Shown: positions 51,462-61,128 of the stretch, piece after piece
How the letters are laid out: the number at the start of each line of letters is the position of its first letter
Numbering within the stretch: position 1 is the stretch's first letter
DNA from: a candidate division WOR-3 bacterium
Lineage (GTDB): Bacteria > Hydrothermota > Hydrothermia > LBFQ01
NCBI GenBank assembly: GCA_039802605.1
Contig: JBDRWW010000006.1
Location: 1-64,000 of the forward strand
Direction of reading: 5' to 3'
DNA length: 64,000 nt
The notes under the pieces: generated by a model
Told to the model about the DNA's origin: nothing
What the model saw: only the letters and a program-made list of their open reading frames with translations
The model's database searches: none
Position numbers and translations under genes: made by a program

Positions 51462-53017
51462 TACCACCTTCCCAAGCCTTGCATATACGATGTTATCATA
51501 GGCCTTACACCTAAAAGGTTCCTTATACCGCAGTTAAACTGGCTAGTATAATCCCCCTTAAAGCCCACCATGTTAAGGTTTAAATCCAAGAATACACCCA
51601 CATTGGCTTTATAACCGAAGTAATCGTATTGGGTTGTATCGTTCTCAACCCTAAGGCCGAGGATGTTTGTTAAGAATGAAAACCTATACCTCGGGAAGGA
51701 TGGGGTGTATCTTCCCGCGCCTTTTACATCCGGATAAAGGGCCGAGAATGAAAGGTTTAGGGTTATAGGTCCTAAGTAATAAACCGGTGAGAAGGCCTCA
51801 AAGCCGTATATATTGTGTGTTTGTATGTTTTCCGCGAAGTATTTATCATCCCTTTTAACCCAATCAATCCTATCGTAAAACCTTATGGCATAAACCTTAA
51901 AGATCCCAAAATCCGCATCAACTCCAAAGTCAAAACCCAAAACCCTTTCGGGCTTTAAGTTCTTATTCCCATAGTTTTTTGGGTCGGAATAAAACAATTC
52001 CGTGAAATCCGGCAACCTGCGGGAATAATAAGCGTTCAATGAAAACCACCCATAAACCCCAAATATATAGGGTTCATATCCCAATTTTCCGGAAAAGTTA
52101 TCGTACGAAACCTTTAAACCACCCTTAACAACCCAGTTGTATCCGTTTGATATAAGGGAAGGTAATATAAAGGCGTAATACCTCATTGTATCCCTAATAC
52201 CCGTAGCCCTTTCAACTATTGAACTTTTTATATACTCCGCATTCCCGCCGGTTTTTATTTCAAGAAACCCAATCTTATGGGAAAACTCCCCACCGGAATT
52301 TAAAGTATTGTGTAAGTTTCTACCGGTTCCCCAATTAAACTGGTCTTGGTGCCATCTGGCAAACAACTTTAACCCTTTAAAACTCCCACCCAAAAGGGCT
52401 ACCTGTGTGGTTTCATTTGATTCAAAGGTTGGAGGCAGATAAAACCCCTTTGCCGAGAAGGAGTTATACCTATAACCCGCAAACACATCAAAATCCGTTT
52501 CTTTTCTTGAAAGGAACAATGCTATGGAATTTGCCGGATTAAAGTATTTTCCGTTATCATACTCAAAAACATAACCATCCCACCTAAAACCCTCAAAGGA
52601 AAGCGTATTGTTTTGATGGTAAAACTTACCAATGCCCTTTACATACCCCCTTCCCCCAATCCTCAAAATCCCACCCGAGATATTTGAAGGCGTTATATTT
52701 ATCCCCGGAAGGTTTGCAAATCCGGAATAAAAGGATGAAACCAATCCAAAACCCGATATATCCATTTCGGTGAAAGGTAGGTTTGAGTTGTGATGGCCCG
52801 TTTGTGGATCGTAAAGGGGTATTCCATTATATAAAATCCTCGTTTGGTTAAAACTCAAACCCCTAAGGGATATATCCGCCTGAATTCCAAAAGGTCCCCT
52901 TTCTATAAGATAAACCGAAGGTAGTGAATTTAGGGAGTATATAGGGTCGGCACTTGATACGGAAACGGCATACATATGAAAAGGGCTTATTGCCATTACC
53001 GTGTCTATCCAAAACAT
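51416..53017 (-). CDS. TonB-dependent receptor (compact)
   Basis: RGPFGIQADISLRG...NGIP.YDPQTGHHN plug, RLPDFTELFY, GNKNLKPE and GIRNL. Confidence 0.88.
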   Translation of the reverse strand: MFWIDTVMAISPFHMYAVSVSSADPIYSLNSLPSVYLIERGPFGIQADISLRGLSFNQTRILYNGIPLYDPQTGHHNSNLPFTEMDISGFGLVSSFYSGFANLPGINITPSNISGGILRIGGRGYVKGIGKFYHQNNTLSFEGFRWDGYVFEYDNGKYFNPANSIALFLSRKETDFDVFAGYRYNSFSAKGFYLPPTFESNETTQVALLGGSFKGLKLFARWHQDQFNWGTGRNLHNTLNSGGEFSHKIGFLEIKTGGNAEYIKSSIVERATGIRDTMRYYAFILPSLISNGYNWVVKGGLKVSYDNFSGKLGYEPYIFGVYGWFSLNAYYSRRLPDFTELFYSDPKNYGNKNLKPERVLGFDFGVDADFGIFKVYAIRFYDRIDWVKRDDKYFAENIQTHNIYGFEAFSPVYYLGPITLNLSFSALYPDVKGAGRYTPSFPRYRFSFLTNILGLRVENDTTQYDYFGYKANVGVFLDLNLNMVGFKGDYTSQFNCGIRNLLGVRPMITSYMQGLGRWYYCEYRHFFKPSTTL

Positions 53018-53051
53018 AAGAGGGTATTATAAAAAGGTTTGTTTCACAAAA

Positions 53052-53861
53052 TTACTTTGTTAAAGCAACGCTTACGGCTACCAAGAATAAACCAAAGGAT
53101 TCCGTTGCACTTAGGGATTCGCCGAGGATAAAAATTGAAAAAACGGTTCCAAAAATTATTGTTGAAAGTATTATTACGGAAGACGAAACGGCACCTTTAA
53201 ACTTTAATCCGTAAAAGTAGAGGATATAACCCAAACTTGAAGGGAAAACGGCAAGCCATATTACCGATAGCGATGGAACAATATCCGGTTGGAATTTAAA
53301 GAACATAGGTAAGAATGCCAAGGCTATAAAGGTTGAAACGAAGTTTGTGGAAAATGTATAATAAATCGGTTCTATTTGTAGGGAAAACTTTTTTGCAACC
53401 ACTACATAGAATGCGTAAATTATTGATGCCAGGAAGGATAAAAAGTCCCCCAAATTTATACCCCTAAATTCAAAAACATTCCCTATTAATAAAACCCCAA
53501 GGGTTCCCAAAACTATGGAAATTATGCTCCTGTTAATAAGCCTTTCCTTTAAAACCAGCGGCGCCAAGATACCCACATAAATCGGAAAAGTGTTTGATAT
53601 TATTGCAACCTTTGAGGCTGTTGTAAAAACCTGCCCCGTAAATTGGAGCTCGTGGGCCAATGCGTTTAAAGTTCCCAATATTATCGTAGGCTTTGAGATT
53701 AAAGGGGTTTTTCTGAGTATTAAAAACAAAAGAATGCTACTCAGAAGGAACCTGAAAAATATTATAACCTGCGGTGAAAAAGATGCTAAGGCGAATTCGG
53801 TGGCCGGTGGCGATGTTCCCCAAATTATTGAGGCTATTATTAAGGCAATGAAGCCCCTCAA
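53052..53861 (-). CDS. EamA/DMT family transporter
   Basis: IWG, RF, LKER, GD...A.Y.V and LGE motifs; about 10 TM segments. Confidence 0.92.
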   Translation of the reverse strand: MRGFIALIIASIIWGTSPPATEFALASFSPQVIIFFRFLLSSILLFLILRKTPLISKPTIILGTLNALAHELQFTGQVFTTASKVAIISNTFPIYVGILAPLVLKERLINRSIISIVLGTLGVLLIGNVFEFRGINLGDFLSFLASIIYAFYVVVAKKFSLQIEPIYYTFSTNFVSTFIALAFLPMFFKFQPDIVPSLSVIWLAVFPSSLGYILYFYGLKFKGAVSSSVIILSTIIFGTVFSIFILGESLSATESFGLFLVAVSVALTK

Positions 53862-53945
53862 AGCGGGGAATTCTAAGGGTGTGGTTTGTTTTGCCGGAAA
53901 TGGTTAGATTTAAGACTTGAAGGCAACCGTAAAATAACCGGTTAA

Positions 53946-54806
53946 ATGGACTTAAAAGAGATCCTCAAAGAAATTGAGAACCTTGAAACCGAAAAAAAGG
54001 GGTTTCAACTGGACGATTTGGATTATGGAGAAATCGTAAGCCTTTCAATAAACGACAACATTTATGGCCTTTTAAAGGTAAGGGAACATATAGGGGAGGT
54101 TGTGAAAGTTGCGAATATGTGGGCTAAGGCTTTGGGGGGAGGGGGAAGGGTTGTTATGGTTGGTGCTGGGACATCGGGAAGACTTGCAATAATGGAAGCG
54201 GCGGAAATGTTCCCAACATTCGGTATAGGCAGGGATAGGGTTTTGGGTTTCATAGCGGGGGGTAAAAACTCCGTATTCGCATCAAAAGAGGGTGCGGAGG
54301 ATAATATTACCGCCGGTAAAAGGCTTGTAAAAAGGCTTAAACTATCAAAAAAAGACCTCCTAATAGGTTTATCCGCATCCGGGAGAACCCCATATGTAAA
54401 GGGTGCTATTGATATGGCGAAGGTTTTAAACTGTCCCACCGCTTTAATATCAACAAATCCAAAGGAAAGGGTTTTAATAAAGGCGGATGTAAATATTTGT
54501 GTAAATGTTGGGAGCGAGATTCTACCGGGTTCAACGAGGATGAAATCCGCAACGGTACAAAAGGTGATATTGAACACGATTTCGCTTTTGGGTGCGGTAA
54601 TTTTGGGAAGGGTTAAGAGGGGTAGGATGGTTGATTTGGTTCCAACATCCGGGAAGTTGAGGGCAAGGGCTATAAAAACATTGGTTGAGGAATTTTCATT
54701 GGAATACGATGAGGCTGTAAAACTCCTTGAAAAAACGGGTTGGAATTTGAGGTTAGCCTTTGAAATTATGGAGGGTAAAGATGCAGATAACGGGCGGAAA
54801 GTTTAA
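53946..54806 (+). CDS. murQ: N-acetylmuramic acid 6-phosphate etherase
   Basis: GAGTSGRL, EGAED, SASGRTPYV and GSTRMKS motifs. Confidence 0.95.
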   Translation: MDLKEILKEIENLETEKKGFQLDDLDYGEIVSLSINDNIYGLLKVREHIGEVVKVANMWAKALGGGGRVVMVGAGTSGRLAIMEAAEMFPTFGIGRDRVLGFIAGGKNSVFASKEGAEDNITAGKRLVKRLKLSKKDLLIGLSASGRTPYVKGAIDMAKVLNCPTALISTNPKERVLIKADVNICVNVGSEILPGSTRMKSATVQKVILNTISLLGAVILGRVKRGRMVDLVPTSGKLRARAIKTLVEEFSLEYDEAVKLLEKTGWNLRLAFEIMEGKDADNGRKV

Positions 54807-55308
54807 AGGTTTTAAGGTGAAGGTTTCAAAGGACATAAGGCCCACGAGTGCATTTAATAGGAAAAGGATTTTTGACATTTTGAGGGATGTTAAAGGTTTT
54901 AAGGTGTTAGACCTATTTTGCGGAAGTGGGGCCTTGGGTTTGGAGGCCCTTTCAAGGGGGGCATCGTTTTGCGTTTTCGTTGATATTTCCAATGAAAGCG
55001 TTAAGGTGGTTAAAGAGAACCTAAAAAAATTGGGTATAACCGACATGGGTTTGGTATTAAGGGAGGACGCATTAAAGTTTTGCAGGAATTGGAAAAATGG
55101 CGAATTTGACCTTATATTCGCCGACCCCCCGTACAGTTGGGATAGGTATGACGAATTGGTTTCCGGTGTATCAAACCTCCTTAAAGACGGTGGGATCTTT
55201 GTTTTAGAGCTTTCAAGCAGGGTTAAACCGCCAGAAAACGAAACCCTTAAAATGTTTAAATTCATTAAAGGTGGTGATAGTGCCTTTGCTTTTTATAGCA
55301 AAGCCTAA
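54781..55308 (+). CDS. rsmD: 16S rRNA m2G966 methyltransferase
   Basis: ITGGKFKG, IRPT, LDLFCGSGALGLEALSRGA and DPPY motifs. Confidence 0.93.
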   Translation: MQITGGKFKGFKVKVSKDIRPTSAFNRKRIFDILRDVKGFKVLDLFCGSGALGLEALSRGASFCVFVDISNESVKVVKENLKKLGITDMGLVLREDALKFCRNWKNGEFDLIFADPPYSWDRYDELVSGVSNLLKDGGIFVLELSSRVKPPENETLKMFKFIKGGDSAFAFYSKA

Positions 55309-55526
55309 ACCCTTACCTCCACGACTTTATTCCGGGATTTTTCCCCCCTCAAAATTTTTATATTATCCTTTGGAATACCAAAGAAATCCGATAAAAGTTC
55401 TATTAACCTCTTGTTTGCCCTCCCATCAATAGGTGGGGAATTTATACCAACTTCAAACCTGTTTTCATCTAACCTTTTAACATATTCCCTCTTTGAATTG
55501 GGTTTAACTTTTACCTCAATTATCAA
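55305..55526 (-). CDS. DUF167 (YggU) family protein
   Basis: VKPNS, PPIDGRAN and GEKSRNK motifs. Confidence 0.92.
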   Translation of the reverse strand: MIIEVKVKPNSKREYVKRLDENRFEVGINSPPIDGRANKRLIELLSDFFGIPKDNIKILRGEKSRNKVVEVRV

Positions 55527-56800
55527 ACCACAACATCAACCAGGGGTTTTGCTTTTAAGGTTAAACCGCTAACATCGGTGATCTTAACCTTTACGAATTC
55601 ACCGGGTTTAAACAACCCTTCAACAACTACCGTTAAACCGTTTTTTATCTTTCCGGAAGACTCTTTAACGCTTTTCCTACTTATCCCATCAATTAATACC
55701 TCTTCTTCCCTTCCCAGGAAAACCTTTCTCCTTTCAAGGGCATTTTTATTAACCTCGTCTATAAGCCTTCTTTGTCTCAAAATCTTTGTATCCTCATCCA
55801 CCTGATCCTTGTAGAAGGCCGCCGGTGTGTTTGGCCTTGGTGAATAAACGAACATAAAAGCCCCGTCAAACTTAACCTTCCTAACGACATCCAAGGTTTC
55901 CTCAAAGTCTTCCTCGCTTTCACCCGGGAATCCCACAATTATATCCGTTGTTATCGTCCCATAAGGCATCAATTCCCTTATCATATACGCCTGTTCAAGG
56001 TATTCCGCTTTGTTATAACCCCTATTCATCTTCCTCAAAATCCTATCCGAGCCCGCCTGTAAAGGCAAGTGTATCCAATCCGTTATAATCTCGCTTTCCG
56101 CAATGGTCTTTAAAACCTTATAAGAAAAGTCCCTCGGGTTTGGGCTCGTAAATCTAACCCTCCTTATATTCTTTACATTATCCTCTATAATCCTTAAAAG
56201 GTCGGCAAAATCGTATTTCCCATCAAAATAACTGTTAACATTCTGCCCAAGTAGGGTTATCTCAACAACCCCTTGCCCGTCCAAGGTTTTAACCTCTTCA
56301 ACTATTTCCTCCGCAGGCCTTGATATTTCCCTACCCCTCGTATAAGGCACAACGCAAAATGTGCAAAAGTTATCACATCCGTATTGTATGCTAACATACT
56401 CGGAATAACTTAAAGCCTTCCTTTTTGTCCTGTAATGCAAACCCAAATCATAACAAACGACCTTTTTCTCTTCCAATGAACCTAAAAGTTTTGGGAGTTC
56501 GTTGTATCCCCTCGTTCCAACCACAATATCCGCCCCAAATTCCAAGAGTTTATCGCCTTCCTGTTGAGCCAAACAACCCAGAACGCCTACAAACTTTCCC
56601 CTATTTTTATAATGTCTCAAAAGGTGTTTTGCCTTTCTGGCCGCCTTTTCCCTAACCGTACATGTGTTTATTAAAACGATATCCGCATTTTGTGGATTTT
56701 CTGTATATACAAAACCGCTTTCCTCCAAAATATCCCTGATTATCTCGCTATCCAACTCGTTCATCTGACAACCAAAAGTTTTAATATAAAACCTCCTCAT
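55523..56800 (-). CDS. miaB: tRNA 2-methylthio-N6-isopentenyladenosine synthase
   Basis: TFGCQMN, NTCTVREKA, GCDNFCTFCVVPYTRGRE and TRAM domain. Confidence 0.95.
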   Translation of the reverse strand: MRRFYIKTFGCQMNELDSEIIRDILEESGFVYTENPQNADIVLINTCTVREKAARKAKHLLRHYKNRGKFVGVLGCLAQQEGDKLLEFGADIVVGTRGYNELPKLLGSLEEKKVVCYDLGLHYRTKRKALSYSEYVSIQYGCDNFCTFCVVPYTRGREISRPAEEIVEEVKTLDGQGVVEITLLGQNVNSYFDGKYDFADLLRIIEDNVKNIRRVRFTSPNPRDFSYKVLKTIAESEIITDWIHLPLQAGSDRILRKMNRGYNKAEYLEQAYMIRELMPYGTITTDIIVGFPGESEEDFEETLDVVRKVKFDGAFMFVYSPRPNTPAAFYKDQVDEDTKILRQRRLIDEVNKNALERRKVFLGREEEVLIDGISRKSVKESSGKIKNGLTVVVEGLFKPGEFVKVKITDVSGLTLKAKPLVDVVV

Positions 56801-56815
56801 AATTTCAACTGCTTA

Positions 56816-58009
56816 TTATAAGGCTGAAATAAACTCTTCGCCCGTTTCCATATCCTTTACCTTGAATTTCCCGGTTTTTACTTCTTCCTCACCCACAAAC
56901 ACCACCCACTTAGCACCTACTCTATTAGCCCTCCTCATCTGAGATTTTAAGCTCTTACCCCTTTCAAAAACCATATCCGCCTTTTTACCCATTTCCCTTA
57001 ATCTCATCAGCGCGTTAAAGGCCACATCCGTATATTCGTCCGATGTCCTAACTACAAAGTAAATTTCTTCCCTTTCCCCTTGCGGGTTGTATATAAGGCT
57101 AATCCTATCAATTCCCGCCGCCCATCCGAATGCCGGTGTATCTTTACCCCCAAGCCAAGATACGAGTTTATCGTATCTCCCACCGGCCAAAATGGTGTTC
57201 TGTGCGGCATCCAAACCCTCGGCCTTAACTTCAAAAACCAATCCCGTATAGTAATCCAATCCCCTTACGAGCTTAGGATCCCTCTCAACCGGAACCCCGA
57301 AATCTTTTAATATTTGAAAGGTCTTTTCAAAATTATCCCTCTCTTCATCCGGTGTAAAATCCGCAATATCCGGCGGATTGAGTTTTGGGGAGCAGGTTTT
57401 ACAATCAAGAACCCTTAAAGGGTTTCTTTCCCTCCTAAATTTACAATCATCGCACAGGAAATCCAAATCTTTAAGGTATTTTTTTAACTCCTCCGAATAC
57501 CTCAATTTTGTATCCTCGCCTCCAAGCGTATTAACATAAATTTTAACATCCAAATTTAATTCCCTTAACGGTAGATACGCCGCAAGTATTCCCTCGGCAT
57601 CCGAATAAGGACCCGAATAACCCAAGAACTCCACCCCCAATTGGTAGAATTGCCTATACCTTCCCTTTTGAGGCCTTTCACCCCTAAACATAGGGCCGAA
57701 ATAAGCGAGTTTAATGGGGGGGGAGAGGCCGTTTTCCAAAAATGCCCTCACAACTCCGGCAGTTCCCTCAGGCCTCAAAGCCACATCCCTCCCCCCCCTA
57801 TCCTTAAAGACAAACATCTGCTTTTGCACTATGTCCGTAAATTCCCCCACGGATCTTACGAACAGTTCCAGAGGCTCAACTATCGGCGTTTCTATCCATA
57901 TAACATTGAACCTTCCCAACCAAACCTTAAAGGTGTTAACAATCCTCTCAAACTTGTAGAGCTCAAAACCCACCAAATCCCTAAAACCCCTAAGGGCTTT
58001 TATCTGCAT
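56816..58009 (-). CDS. hisS: Histidine--tRNA ligase
   Basis: LRPEGTA, ERPQKGRYRQF, LVRGLDYY and GGRYD motifs. Confidence 0.97.
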   Translation of the reverse strand: MQIKALRGFRDLVGFELYKFERIVNTFKVWLGRFNVIWIETPIVEPLELFVRSVGEFTDIVQKQMFVFKDRGGRDVALRPEGTAGVVRAFLENGLSPPIKLAYFGPMFRGERPQKGRYRQFYQLGVEFLGYSGPYSDAEGILAAYLPLRELNLDVKIYVNTLGGEDTKLRYSEELKKYLKDLDFLCDDCKFRRERNPLRVLDCKTCSPKLNPPDIADFTPDEERDNFEKTFQILKDFGVPVERDPKLVRGLDYYTGLVFEVKAEGLDAAQNTILAGGRYDKLVSWLGGKDTPAFGWAAGIDRISLIYNPQGEREEIYFVVRTSDEYTDVAFNALMRLREMGKKADMVFERGKSLKSQMRRANRVGAKWVVFVGEEEVKTGKFKVKDMETGEEFISAL

Positions 58010-58022
58010 TTGGGATATTACC

Positions 58023-58862
58023 CTATCTCCTACCCGTTAGAGCCCTATACCTACGGGTTATTTCTATTTGGCTTCCCATAGATGAGTTGAACACAACGCT
58101 ATCCTTCGCTTGTGTTAAAACAACACCATAATAAGGTTTTATGTAGGTTGTATCGTATGTGTCAAGTGTTGCAAATGTATCGCCCGAAATCGGAAGGCAT
58201 CCCGTTGGAATGGTGAATAATCCATAAAACAATCTTGCATGCATTTTACTCCTAATCCTATAAGCGCTAAAAATTCCGGCGGGTACGGAAACTGACAAGG
58301 AATCCATAACATAAGCATGAGAGGAATCAACCCTGAAACTGTCCAATCTGACTCCCAAAGTGCAGGTTGCCGTAAGAGGATTTTTTATCGTATCTCTTAA
58401 CCTTTGGGTTTGCGGTAATAACGGCATCCAAGATTTACCTATATTTAAAGGCCTTATACCAAAATTATACCTAAGCCTTACAGTATCCGATTCAATAGCG
58501 AAACTCGTGTATAGATAGACCGTGTCCCCCTTTATATGAAAGGTATCCTTTAAGGTTCTACCGGATATGAAGAAAGTATCAACATGTGGTACCAAGAGTT
58601 CCCCTCCGGAAGGTATATAGTTGTAGAAAATAGTTTGAACGGTATCCAGCGCGGTTCCGCTACTTGAAGATGTGGTACTGTCCCAATATACGAAGGAACT
58701 GTCCGGTGTGATACCGAAATACACAGCCGTGCTTTCCGGACTTGGTGTGGGGCCACCTCCCCCGCCTCCTCCGCCACCCCCACCGCCTTCTTCGGGAGCC
58801 GTGCTCCTTTTACACCCAAAAGCCACCGCTAAGGCTAAAAGAATTAAAGAAACGCGTTTCAT
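58023..58862 (-). CDS. Hypothetical lipoprotein with poly-Gly linker
   Basis: AFGC lipobox; VSVPAGIF motif. Confidence 0.75.
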   Translation of the reverse strand: MKRVSLILLALAVAFGCKRSTAPEEGGGGGGGGGGGGPTPSPESTAVYFGITPDSSFVYWDSTTSSSSGTALDTVQTIFYNYIPSGGELLVPHVDTFFISGRTLKDTFHIKGDTVYLYTSFAIESDTVRLRYNFGIRPLNIGKSWMPLLPQTQRLRDTIKNPLTATCTLGVRLDSFRVDSSHAYVMDSLSVSVPAGIFSAYRIRSKMHARLFYGLFTIPTGCLPISGDTFATLDTYDTTYIKPYYGVVLTQAKDSVVFNSSMGSQIEITRRYRALTGRR

Positions 58863-58909
58863 GGTTGAGGGTATTATAAGGGTGAAATTTAACTACCGTA
58901 GAATTTTCT

Positions 58910-59509
58910 ATGTGGGTGAATGAAAGTTGGGGGTTTTTATTTAAAGGCGAGAATTTTTTGATAAAGGTTAGCGTTGAACCCGTTAAGATGGATATAAATT
59001 TGCACCAAATACACGGGGCCAAGGTTGTGGTTTATAGGGGTCGGGATGGGTATGTGGGAGATGGGATAATAACGGATAAAAAAGGGGTAGTTATAGGCGT
59101 TAAAACGGCCGATTGTTATCCGATTTTTTTGGTTTCACAAAATGTTGTAGGGGTTCTCCATGCGGGTTGGAGGGGTAGTATAAAGGGTATAGTTCTTGAA
59201 GGCTTAAAGGAGATTTATGAAAATTTTGGGGTAAAACCAAAAGATGTAAAGGCCATATTTGGACCCGGCATATGTGGTAAATGTTATGAGGTTGGCTACG
59301 ATGTTGCCAGTCTTTTCAACGGCTTCGTGATTTTTAAAGATAATGGAAAATACCTTTTAGATCTTTACCTTTACAATAAGCACATATTGGAAAACCTCGG
59401 CGTTAAGGTTATAATACCCCCACCTTCATGCACATACGAAAACAAAAGCCTCTTTTCACATCGCAGGGGGGATAGGGGAAGATTGTACAATACGGTTGTT
59501 ATGGTATGA
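58910..59509 (+). CDS. pgeF: PgeF/YfiH (laccase-domain, purine nucleoside phosphorylase-like) protein
   Basis: QIHG, TADCYP, HAGWRG, GPGICGKCYEVG and FSHRR motifs. Confidence 0.9.
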   Translation: MWVNESWGFLFKGENFLIKVSVEPVKMDINLHQIHGAKVVVYRGRDGYVGDGIITDKKGVVIGVKTADCYPIFLVSQNVVGVLHAGWRGSIKGIVLEGLKEIYENFGVKPKDVKAIFGPGICGKCYEVGYDVASLFNGFVIFKDNGKYLLDLYLYNKHILENLGVKVIIPPPSCTYENKSLFSHRRGDRGRLYNTVVMV

Positions 59510-60468
59510 AACCGAAATTCAGAATATTAATGTCCTTGGCCTTGATATTATTTGTAATATTAACGGGGAGTTTGGGATATATGTGGTTGGAAAATATGAG
59601 GTTTTTAGATGCTTTATATATGACGGTTATTACCGTTTCCACCGTGGGTTTTAGGGAAGTTAAAGATTTATCCGATATTGGAAAGTTATGGACGATAATA
59701 CTAATAATTTTCGGTTGGGGAACGGTGAGCATTTTAATAACAAATGTTGCGGCATATTTTTTAAGCCTTGAAGTTTTTAAAAGGAGGTATGGAATGCCCA
59801 AGGGGATTTCGGATCATTACATAATTTGCGGCTTTGGTAGGATGGGTAGGATAGTGGCGGAATTCCTGAAAAGCTCCCATTCCCCTTTTATCATCGTGGA
59901 AAACGACCCCGAAAGGGTTGAGCAGGCCATATCCATGGGTTATAAGGTAATTGAGGGGGATGCAACCGAGGAAAGCACGCTGATTAAGGCGTGTATTCAT
60001 AGGGCAAGGGGGTTGGCATCCCTTTTACGGGACGATCCGGATAACCTGTATGTCATCATAAACGCCAAAAACCTAAACCCTAAGATTTATACCGTTGCGA
60101 AGGCCACAACCGAAAAAGGAGCCAAGCTGATGAGAAATGTGGGGACTGATAGGGTAATACTACCCTATGATTGGGCTGGGATAAGAATAGCAAGAGCCCT
60201 TATACACCCGGCGGTTTCGGAGTTCCTTGACCTTTATCATATGCGGGTTGAGGAAATTACCCTTGATGAGGGATCACCATTCGTGGGTAAGAGCTTGAGG
60301 GAATTAAACTTAACGAAGTACGGTGCATATGTCCTTGCAGTTTTTAGAAATGGAAAACCCATTATACCACCAAACCCACACGAACCTTTAAACAGGGGAG
60401 ATGTTTTAATAATTCTCGGTGAGATTGAAAAACTGAAAGATGTTGAAGTTTTAGTACATGGGAAATAA
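59506..60468 (+). CDS. Potassium channel with TrkA-N/TrkA-C (RCK) domains
   Basis: TVSTVGF filter, ICGFGRMG and GDAT motifs. Confidence 0.93.
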   Translation: MKPKFRILMSLALILFVILTGSLGYMWLENMRFLDALYMTVITVSTVGFREVKDLSDIGKLWTIILIIFGWGTVSILITNVAAYFLSLEVFKRRYGMPKGISDHYIICGFGRMGRIVAEFLKSSHSPFIIVENDPERVEQAISMGYKVIEGDATEESTLIKACIHRARGLASLLRDDPDNLYVIINAKNLNPKIYTVAKATTEKGAKLMRNVGTDRVILPYDWAGIRIARALIHPAVSEFLDLYHMRVEEITLDEGSPFVGKSLRELNLTKYGAYVLAVFRNGKPIIPPNPHEPLNRGDVLIILGEIEKLKDVEVLVHGK

Positions 60469-60476
60469 TTCTAATT

Positions 60477-60579
60477 TCCTCCGGGCCTTCCCTCTTTTGT
60501 TAGCCCCACTCAGTTTAACCTCATAGGGTAGAGTTGATGAGTAAAGTTCCGCGGAGGCCGAAGTTTATGACCCGAAGGA
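60477..60579 (-). ncRNA. Candidate structured non-coding RNA, family unknown
   Basis: Nested helices whose G-U pairs form only on the minus strand (see findings). Confidence 0.4.
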
Positions 60580-60627
60580 TGGACATATTCAATACTTCTT
60601 TTTTTCGCCCTTATAATATACGGTAGC

Positions 60628-61125
60628 ATGTTTTGGTTAATTGCGTTTGGCAAAGGCGCCGCTATAACCGTTCCGGTTACCCCGGCTCCGGATAAAAAGC
60701 CGGGTGAGTGGAGGACATATAACTCTACAATAAGTCCCGCAAGTGAATCGCCGAAAATAGAAGGTATAAGGTGGGGTAGTCCTGTGATAATAAACCTTTC
60801 TGGGAAAGGGGAAGATCCAGCATCCGCGACTTTAACCGGAAGGGGTGAAGACCTCAAAGGTTTTTCAAACATAACCGTATATATCAAGGGCAATGGTAAT
60901 GTAAAGTTTAACCTGTATTACACATACGACGGTAAATATATGATGTTATCAAGGGATATAACCGCCAGTGAAAGTTGGCAGGAGATAGTGTTTAACCTTT
61001 CGGAAGGCTTAGAGTTTGGACTCGGTATGCCCAACCGTCCCGATGTTATAATGCCTTATAAACTCGTAATTTCTTCCGAGGGCAACGCCGTTATCAACTT
61101 TGGTGGTGCATACATAAGGAGGTAA
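60628..61125 (+). CDS. Hypothetical protein, possible CBM11/CIA30-like carbohydrate-binding fold
   Basis: DLKGFSNITVYIKGNG and WQEIVFNL patterns. Confidence 0.6.
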   Translation: MFWLIAFGKGAAITVPVTPAPDKKPGEWRTYNSTISPASESPKIEGIRWGSPVIINLSGKGEDPASATLTGRGEDLKGFSNITVYIKGNGNVKFNLYYTYDGKYMMLSRDITASESWQEIVFNLSEGLEFGLGMPNRPDVIMPYKLVISSEGNAVINFGGAYIRR

Positions 61126-61128
61126 GAA

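Noticed and set aside
57716..57798. G8 and C8 runs in hisS as phase-variation tracts
   Set aside because: They lie in an intact essential gene and encode ordinary Pro-Pro and Gly-Gly codons.
58750..58790. Poly-Gly tract as a simple-sequence contingency repeat
   Set aside because: It is encoded by mixed GGN codons and looks like a normal lipoprotein linker.
60533..60565. TTGATGAG...CGAA as a hammerhead ribozyme core
   Set aside because: The core deviates from CUGANGA/GAAA and stem II cannot form convincingly.
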